Positions 54,959 to 64,000 of a stretch of DNA of 64,000 nt are shown in pieces. The notes under the pieces are model-generated. The model ran no database searches. It was not told the DNA's origin and was given only the letters and a program-made list of their open reading frames with translations. The DNA lies in assembly GCF_009914755.1 (NCBI RefSeq), contig NC_060933.1. One strand, 5' to 3'. Source of the stretch: the human T2T-CHM13v2.0 reference genome, Homo sapiens. Made by a program: the position numbers and the translations under genes. How positions within the stretch are numbered: the stretch's first letter is position 1; every line of letters begins with the position of its first letter.

Positions 54959-57900
54959 TGGAATGGAATGGGTTCAACTAGAATGGAATGGAAAGGAATG
55001 GAATCAACCCGAGTGGAATGGCATGGAATGGAATGGAATGGAATGGAATGGAAAGCAATGGAATGAAATGGAATGGAAGGGAATGGATTGAAATGGAATG
55101 GAATGGAATGGAATCAACCCGAGTGCAATGTAATGGAATTGAATGGAATGGAATGGAATGCAATGGAATGAATTCAACCCGAATGGAATGGAAAGGAATG
55201 GAATAAACCCGAGTGGAATGGCATGGAATGGAGTGGAATGGAATGGAATGGAATACTACGGAAGAGAATGGAATGGAACGAAATGGAATGGAATGGAATG
55301 GAATGGAATGGAATGGAATGAACACGTGAGCAATTGAATGGAATCGAATGGAATAGAATGGAATGGAATGGATTCAACTCGAATGGAATGGAAAGGAATG
55401 GAATCAACCCGAGTGGAATGGCATGGAATGGAATGGAATGGAATGGAACGGAATGGAATGGAATCAACTCGATTGCAAAGGAATGTAATGGAATGGAATG
55501 GAACGGAATTAACGCAAATAGAATGGAATGGAAAGGAATGGAACGGAATGGAATGGAAAGAAATGGAATGGAATCAATCTGAGTGCAGGGGAATGCAATG
55601 GAATGGAATGCAATGGAATGGAATGGAATGGAATGCAATGGAATCACCTCGATTGCAATGGGATGGAATGGAATGGAATGGAATGGAAGGGAATGGAATG
55701 GAATGGAATTAACCTGAACAGAATGGAATGGAATGGAATGGAATGGAATGGAATGCAATGGAATGGAATCAATCAACCCGAGTGCAATAGAATGCAGTGG
55801 AATGGAATGGAATGGAATGGAATGGAATGGAATGGAATGGAATGAAATGGAAAGGCAGGGAATGGAATGGAATCAACCCGAGTGCAAAGGAATGGAATGG
55901 AATGGAATGGAATGGAATGGAATGGAATGGATTCAACCCGAATGGAATGGAAAGGAATGGAATAAACCTGAGTGGAATCGCATGGAATGGAATGGAATGG
56001 AATGGAATGGAATGGTACGGAATAGAATGGAATGGAAAGTAATGGAATGGAATTGAATGGAATGGAATGGAATCAACCCGAGCGCAATGGAATGGAGTGG
56101 AATGGAATGGAATGGAATGGAATGGATTCAACCCGAATGGAATGGAAAGGAATGGAATAAACCCGAGTGAAATGGCGTGGAAGGGAATGGAATGGAATGG
56201 AATGGTACGGAGTAGAATGGAATGGAACGAAATGGAATGGAATGGAATGGAATGGAATGGAATGGAATGGAATGGAATGAACCAGTGAGCAATTGAATGG
56301 AATGGAATGGAATGGAATGGAATGGAATGGAATGGAATGGAATGGGTTCAATTCGAATGGAATGGAAAGGAATGGAATCAACACGAGTGCAATGGCATGG
56401 AATGGAATGGAATGGAATGGAATGGAATGGAATGGAATGGATTCAACCCAAATGGAATGGAAAGGAATGGAATAAACCCGAGTGGAATGGCATGGAATGG
56501 AGTGGAATGGAATGGAATGGAATGGAATGGAATGGAATGGAATGGAATTAACCCTAATAGAATGGAATGGAATGGAATGGAATGGAATAGAAGGGAATGG
56601 AATGGAATGGAATGGAATGGAATTAACCCGAATAGAATGGAATGGAATGGAATGGAATGGAATGGAATGGAATGGAATCAACTCGATTTCAATGGAATGG
56701 AATGGAATGGAATGGAATGGAAGGGAATGGAATGGAATGGAATGAAATTAACCCGAATAGAATGGAATGGAATGGAATGGAATGGAATGGAATAGAATGT
56801 AATCCAACCGAGTGCAGGGGAATGGAATGGAATGGAATGCAATGGAATGGAATCATACGGAATGGAATGGAATGGAATGGAATGCAATGGAATGGAATGG
56901 AATCAACCCGATTGCAATGGAATGGAGTGGAATGGAATGGAATGGAATGGAAACAACCCGAATGGAATGGAATGGAAAGGAATCGAATGGAATCAACCTG
57001 AGTGCAGGGGAATGGAATGGAATGGAATGCAATGGAATGTAATGGAATGGAATGCAATGGAATCAACCCGAGTGCAATGTAATGGAATCGAATGGAATGG
57101 AATGGAATGGAATGGATTCAACCCGAATGGAATGGAAAGGAATGGAATAAACCCGAGTGGAATGGCATGGAGTGGAGTGGAATGGAATGGAATGGAAAGG
57201 TACGGAATAGAATGGAATGGAACGAAATGGAATGGAATGGGATGGAATGGAATGGAATGGAGTGCAATGGAATAGAATGGAATCCACCCGATTACAGGGG
57301 AATGGAATGGAATGGAATGCAAAGGAATGGAATGGAATGGATTCAACCCGAATGGAATGGAAAGGAAAGGAATAATCCCGAGTGAAATGGCATGGAAGGG
57401 AATGGAATGGAATGGAATGGTACGGAGTAGAATGGAATGGAACGAAATGGAATGGAATGGAATGGAATGGAATGGAATGGAATGAACCCGTGAGCAATGG
57501 AATGGAATGGAATGGAATGGAATGGAATGGAATGGAATTTGTTCAACTCGAATGGAATGGAAAGGAATGGAATCAACCCGAGTGGAATGGCATGGAATGG
57601 AATGGAATGGAATGGAATGGAATGGATTCAACCCGAATGGAATGGAAAGGAATGGAATAAACCCGAGTGGAATGGCATGGAACGGAGTGGAATGGAATGG
57701 AATGGAAGGCAATGGTACGGAATAGAATGGAATGGAACGAAATGGAATGGAATGGAACGGAATGGAATGGAATGGAATGGAATGGAATGAACCCGTGTGC
57801 AATTAAATGGAATCGAATGGAATGGAATGCAATGGAATGGATTCAACTAGAATGGAATGGAAAGGAATGGAATCAACCCGAGTGGAATGGCATGGTATGG

Positions 57901-60900
57901 AATGGAATGGAATGGAATGGAATGGAAAGGTACGGAATAGAATGGAATGGAACGAAATGGAATGGAATGGAATGGAATGAATGGAATGGAATGGAATAGA
58001 ATGGAATCCACCCGATTGCAGGGGAATGGTATGGAACGGAATGCAATGGAATGGAATGGAATGGATTCAACCCGAATGGAATGGAAAGGAATGCAATCAA
58101 CCCGAGTGGAATGGCATGGAATGGAATGGAATGGAACGGAATAGTACGGAATAGAATGGAATGGAACGAAATGGAATGGAATGGAATCAACCTGAGTGCA
58201 ATGGAATGGAGTGGAATGGAATGTAATGGAACGGAAACAACCCGAATGGAATGGAATGTAATGGAGTTTAAGGGAATTGAATACAATCAATCCGAATGTA
58301 ATGGAATGGAATGGAACGGAACGGAATGGAATGGAATGGAATGGAATGGAATGGAATGGAATGGAATGGAATGAAATGGAATGGCAGGGAATGGAATGGA
58401 ATCAACCCGAGTGCAAAGGAATGGAATGGAATGGAATGGAAGGGAATGGAATGGAATGGATTCAACCCGAATGGAATGGAAAGGAATGTAATAAACCTGA
58501 GTGGAATGGCATGGAATGGAATGGAATGGAATGGAATGGTACGGAATAGAATGGAATGGAACGAAATGGAATGGAATGGAATGGAATGGAATGGAATCAA
58601 CCTGAGTGCAATGGAATGGAGTGGAATGGAATGAAATGGAATGGAAACAACCCGAATGGAATGGAATGTAATGGAGTGTAAGGGAATTGAATACAATCAA
58701 TCCGAATGTAATGGAATGGAATGGAACGGAATGGAATGGAATGGAATGCCGTGGAATGTAATCAAACCTAGTGCAATGGAATGGAATGGAATGGAATGGA
58801 ATGGAATGGAATGGAATGGATTGGATTCAACCCAAATGTAATGGAAAGCAATGGAATCAACCCGAGTGGAATGGCATGGAATGGAATGGAATGGAATGGA
58901 ATGGAATGGAATGGTACAGAATAAAATGGAATGGAACGAAATGGAATGGAATGGAATGGAATGGAACGGAATGGAATGGAATCAACTCGATTGCAATGGA
59001 ATGTAATGGAATGGAATGGAATGGAATTAACGCGAATAGAATGGAATGGAATGTAATGGAACGGAATGGAATGGAATGGGATGGAATGGAATCAATCTGA
59101 GTGCAGGTGAATGGAATGGAATGGAATGCAATGGAATGGAATGGAATGGAATGGAATGCAATGGAATCAACTAGATTGCAATGGGATGGAATGGAATGGA
59201 ATGGAATGGAAGGGAATGGAATGGAATGGAATTAACCTGAACAGAATGGAATGGAATGGAATGGAATGGAACGGAATAGAAAGGAATGGAATGGAATGGA
59301 ATTAACCTGAACAGAATGGAATGGAATGGAATGGAACGGAATGGAATGGAATGGAATGGAATGGAATGGAATGCAATGAAATGGGATCAACCCGAGTGCA
59401 GGGGAATGGAATGGAATGGAATGCAATGGAATGGAATCAATGAACCCGAGTGCAATAGAATGCAGTGGAATGGAATGGAATGGAATGGAAAGTAACCGAA
59501 TGGAATGGAATGGAATGGAGTGTAAGGGAATTAAAAAGAATCAATCCGAATGTAATGGAATGGAATGGAACAGAATGGAATGGAATGGAACGGAATGGAA
59601 TGGAATGGAATCAACTCGATTGCAATGGAATGGAATGGAATGGAATGGAATGGAATGGAATGGAATGGAATGGAATTAACCCGAATAGAATGGAATGGAA
59701 TGGAATGGAATGGAATGGAATGGAATGGAAGGGAATGGAATGTAATGGAATGGAATGGAATTAACCCGAATAGAATGGAATGGAACGGAAAGGAAGGGAA
59801 TGGAATGGAATGTAATCAACTCGAGTGCAGGGGAAAGCAATGCAATGGAATGAAATGGAATGGAGTCATACGGAATGGAAGGGAATGGAATGGAATCAAC
59901 CAGAGTGCAATGGAATGGAGTGGAATGGAATGGAATAGAATGGAAACAACACGAATGGAATAGAATGTATTGGAGTGTAAGGGAATTGAATAGAATCAAT
60001 CCGAATGTAATTGAATAGAACGGAAAGGAATGGAATGGAATGGAATGGAATGGAATGGAATGAAACGGAATGGAATGGAATGGAATGGAATCAACCCGAT
60101 TTCAATGGAATTGAATGGAATGGAATGGAATGGAATGGAATGGAATGGAATGGAATGGAATCAACTCGATTGCAATGGAATGGAATGGAATGGAATGGAA
60201 TGGAATGGAATGGAATGGAATGGAATGGAATGGAATTAACCCTACTAGAATGGAATGGAATGGAATGGAATGGAATGGAATGGAATACAATGGAATGGAA
60301 GGGAATGGAATGGAATGGAATGGAATGGAATTAACCCGAATAGAATGGAATGGAATGGAATGGAATGGAATGGAATGGAATGGAATGGAATGGAATCAAC
60401 TCGATTTCAATGGAATGGAATGGAATGGAATGGAATGCAATGGAAGGGAATGGAATGGAATGGAATGAAATTAACCCGAATAGAATGGAATGGAATGGAA
60501 TGGAATGGAATAGAATGGAATCCACCCGAGTGCAGGGGAATGGAATGGAATGGAATGCAATGGAATGGAATCATACGGAATGGAATGGAATGGAATGGAA
60601 TGCAATGGAATGGAATGGAATCAACCCGATTGCAATGGAATGGAGTGGAATGCAATGGAATGGAATGGAAACAACCCGAATGGAATGGAATGTAATGGAG
60701 AGTAAGGGAATTGAATAGAATCAATACGAATGTAATGGAATGGAATGGAACGGAATGGAATGCAATGGAATGGAATGGAATGCAATGGAATGGGATCAAC
60801 CCGACTGAAATGGAATGGAATCGAAAGGAATGGAATGGAATGGAATGGTTTCAACCCGAATGAAATGGAAAGGAATGGAATCAACCCGAGTGGAATGGAA

Positions 60901-63900
60901 TGGAATGGAATGGAATGGAATGGAATGGAATGGAATGGGTTCAACTCGAATGGAATGGAAAGGAATGGAATCAACCCGAGTGGAATGGCATGGAATGGAA
61001 TGGAATGGAATGGAATGGAATGGAAGGGAATGGAATGGAATGGAATTAACCTGAACAGAATGGAAGGGAATGGAATGGAACGGAACGGAATGGAATGGAA
61101 TGGAATGGAATGGAATGGAATGCAATGGAATGGGATCAACCCGAGTACAGGGGAATGGAATGCAATGGAATGCAATGAAATGGAATCATCCGGAATGGAA
61201 TGGAATGGAATGGAATGCAATGGAATGGAATCAATCAACCCGAGTGCAATAGAATGCAGTGGAATGGAATGGAATGGTATGGAAACTACCCGAATGGAAT
61301 AGAATGTAATGGAGTGTAAGGGAATTAAAAAGAATCAATCCGAATGTAATGGAATTGAATGGAACGGAATGGAATGGAATGGAATGGAATGGAATGGAAT
61401 GGAATTAACCCGAATAGAATGAAAAGGAATGGAATGGAATGGAATGGAATGGAATGGAATGGAATGGAATGGAACGGAATAGAATGGAATGGAACGAAAT
61501 GGAATGGAATGAAATGGAATGGAATGGAATGGAATGGAATGGAATCAACCCGAGTGCAGGGGAATGGAATGGAATTGAAGGCAATGGAATGGAATCATAT
61601 GGAATTGAACGGAATGGAATGGAATCAACTCGATTGCAATGGAATGGAATGGAATGGAATGGAATGGAATGGAATGGAATTAAGCCGAATAGAATGGAAT
61701 TGAATGGAATGGAATGGATTGGAAGTAAATGGAATGGAATGTAATGAACCCGAGGGCAGGGGAATGGAATGGAATGGAATGCAATGGAATTGAGTCATCC
61801 GGAATGGAACAGAAAGGAATGGAATGGAATCAACCCGTGTGCAATGGAATGGAAAGGAATGGAATGGAATGGAATGGAATGGAATGGATTCAACCCGAAT
61901 GGAATGGAAAGGAAGGGAATCAACCCAAGTGGAATGGCATGGAATGGAATGGAATGGAATGGAATGGTACCGAATAGAATGGAATGGAACGAAATGGAAT
62001 AGAATGGAATGGAATGGTATAAAAACAACCCGAATGGAATGGAATGAAATGGCCTGTAAGGGAATTGAATACAATCAATCCGAATGTAATGGAATGGAAT
62101 GGAACGGAATGGAATGGAATGGAATGGAATGCAGTGGAATGGAATCAAACCTAGTGCAATGGAATGGAATGGAATGGAATGGAATGGAATGGAACGGATT
62201 CAACTCAAATGGAATGGAAATCAATGGAATCAACGTGAGTGGAATGGCATGGAATGGAATGGAACGGAATGGAATGGAATGGAATGGAATGGAATGGAAT
62301 GGTACGGAATAGAATGGAATGGAACGAAATGGAATGGAATGGAATGGAATGGAACGGAAAGGAATGGAATCAACTCGATTGCAATGGAATGCAATGGAAT
62401 GGAATGGAATGCAATTAAAGCGAATAGAATGGAATGGAATGGAACGAATGGAATGGAATGGAATGGAATGGAATGCAATCGAATGGAATCAACCTGAGTG
62501 CAGGGGAATGGAATGGAATGGAATGCAATGGAATGTAATGGAATGGAATGCAATGGAAACAAGTCGATTGCAATGGAATGGAATGGAATGGAATGGAAGG
62601 GAAAGGAATGGAATGGAATTAACCTGAACAGAATGGAATGGAATGGAATGGAACGGAATGGAATGGAATGGATTCAACCCGAATGGAATGGAAAGGAATG
62701 GAATAAACCCGAGTGGAATGGCATGGAATGGAATGGAATGGAATGGAATGGTACGGAATAGAATGGAATGGAACGAAATGGAATGGAATGGAATGGAATG
62801 GAATGGAATGCAATCAACCTGAGTGCAATGGAATGGAATGGAATGGAATGGAACGGAATGGAAACAACCCGAATGGAATGGAATGTAATGGAGTGTAAGG
62901 AATTGAATACAATCAATCCGAATGTAATGGAATGGAATGGAACGGAATGGAATGGAATGGAATGCAGTGGAATGGAATCAAACCTAGTGCAATGGAATGG
63001 AATGGAATGGAATGGAATGCAATGGAATGGATTGGATTCAACCCAAATGGAATGGAAAGCAATAGAATCAACCCGAGTGGAATGGCATGGAATGGAATGG
63101 AATGGAATGGAATGGAATGGAATGGAATGGTACGGAATAGAATGGAATGGATCGAAATGGAATGGAATGGAATGGAATGGAACGGAATGGAATGGAATCA
63201 ACTCGATTGCAATGGAATGTAATGGAATGGAATGGAATGGAATGGAATTAACGCGAATAGAATGGAATGGAATGGAATGGAAAGGAATGGGATGGAATGG
63301 AATCAATCTGAGTGCAGGGGAATGGAATGGAATGGAATGCAATGGAATGGAATCATCCGGAATGGAATGGAATGGAATGGAATGGAATGGAATGGAATGG
63401 AATGGAATTAACCCGAATAGAATGGAATGGAATGGAATGTGATGGAGTGTAAGGGAATTGAATAGAATCAATCCGAATGTAATGGAATTGAATGGAACGG
63501 AATGGAATGGAATGGAATGTAATGGAATGGAATGGAATGCAATGGAATGGGATCAACCCGAGTGCAATGGAATGGAATCGAAAGGAATGGAATGGAATGG
63601 AAAGGCTTCACCCCGAATGGAATGGAAAGGAATGGAATCAACCCGAGTGGAATGGAATGGAATGGAATGGAATGGAATGGAATGGAATGCAATGGAATGG
63701 AACGGAATGGAATCAACCCGATTGCAATGAAATTGAATGGAATGGAATGGAATGGAATGGAATTAACCCGAATAGAATGGAATGGAATGGAATGGAATGG
63801 TATGGAATGGAATGGAACGGAATGGAATGGAATGGAATTGAATGGAATCAACCCGGGTGCAGGGGAATGCAATTGAATGGAAGGCAATGGAATGCAATCA

Positions 63901-64000
63901 TCCGGAATGGAATGGAATGGAATGGAATGGAATGGAATGGAATGGTTTCAACACGAATGGAATGGAATGGAATGGAATCAACCCGAGTGGAATGGAATGG
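54931..64000 (-). repeat. Satellite III (HSat3)-type array in inverted orientation (GGAAT strand on +)
   Basis: From 54931 the + strand reads (GGAAT)n with caacccgagtg, caactcgattgc and aattaacccgaatag, the reverse complements of the left-arm motifs. It runs to the window end. Confidence 0.97.

Larger units (their letters stand above)
45200..64000. repeat. HSat3 sub-domain 2, spanning the inversion (variant set: catgccattccactcgggtttatt, attgtattcaa, gcactaggtttg, gctcacgggttc, gggtggattcc, ctgttcaggttaa)
   Basis: These variants appear after ~45.2 kb on the + strand and as reverse complements after 54931. They are essentially absent from sub-domain 1. Confidence 0.72.

Noticed and set aside
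9-63887. Hundreds of ORFs in all six frames (longest 50209-51627, 472 aa)
   Set aside because: (CATTC)n and (GGAAT)n contain no stop codons and translate to FHSIP or MEWNG in every frame. The ORFs overlap in all frames, show no recognisable domain and are broken at random by 1-bp indels.
1-64000. CRISPR-like repeat/spacer array or msDNA-type repeat system
   Set aside because: The recurring motifs are separated by pentamer runs, not unique spacers. There is no leader, cas gene or reverse transcriptase, and no non-satellite sequence anywhere.
1-64000. HSat2, alpha satellite or telomeric repeat
   Set aside because: There is no dominant (CATTCGATTC)-based 23-26 bp HSat2 unit, no 171-bp alphoid monomer or CENP-B box, and no TTAGGG run. 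Long pure CATTC runs with ACTCGGGTTG fit HSat3.
1-64000. Assignment to a specific chromosome, HSat3 subfamily or species
   Set aside because: This needs subfamily-specific k-mer matching or alignment to human and ape assemblies, which cannot be done by eye.

Overview
The whole 64 kb window is tandem satellite DNA built on the (CATTC)n/(GGAAT)n pentamer, interrupted by A(C/T)TCGGGTTG-type decamers. This is the classical signature of human/great-ape Satellite III (HSat3; the CACTCGGGTTG-rich type suggests an HSat3B-like subfamily, which cannot be assigned without alignment). I see no protein-coding gene, RNA gene, transposon or CRISPR array, and the supplied ORFs are translation artefacts of the pentamer (MEWNG/FHSIP). 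The real structure is architectural. (1) There is a sharp strand inversion at 54930/54931, with a 2-bp CC microhomology and a perfect 19-bp hairpin. (2) The ~9 kb on each side of the inversion are shuffled inverted copies of each other. (3) The set of variant motifs changes near 45.2 kb. (4) The left domain has an ~0.85 kb higher-order unit plus nested 0.3-8 kb duplications. (5) About 30 perfect three-unit heat-shock-element matches (ATTCCGGAAGATTCC) lie only in the left domain. I found no evidence of a new gene-encoded system. Block boundaries come from matching diagnostic variants by eye and are approximate to tens of bp.
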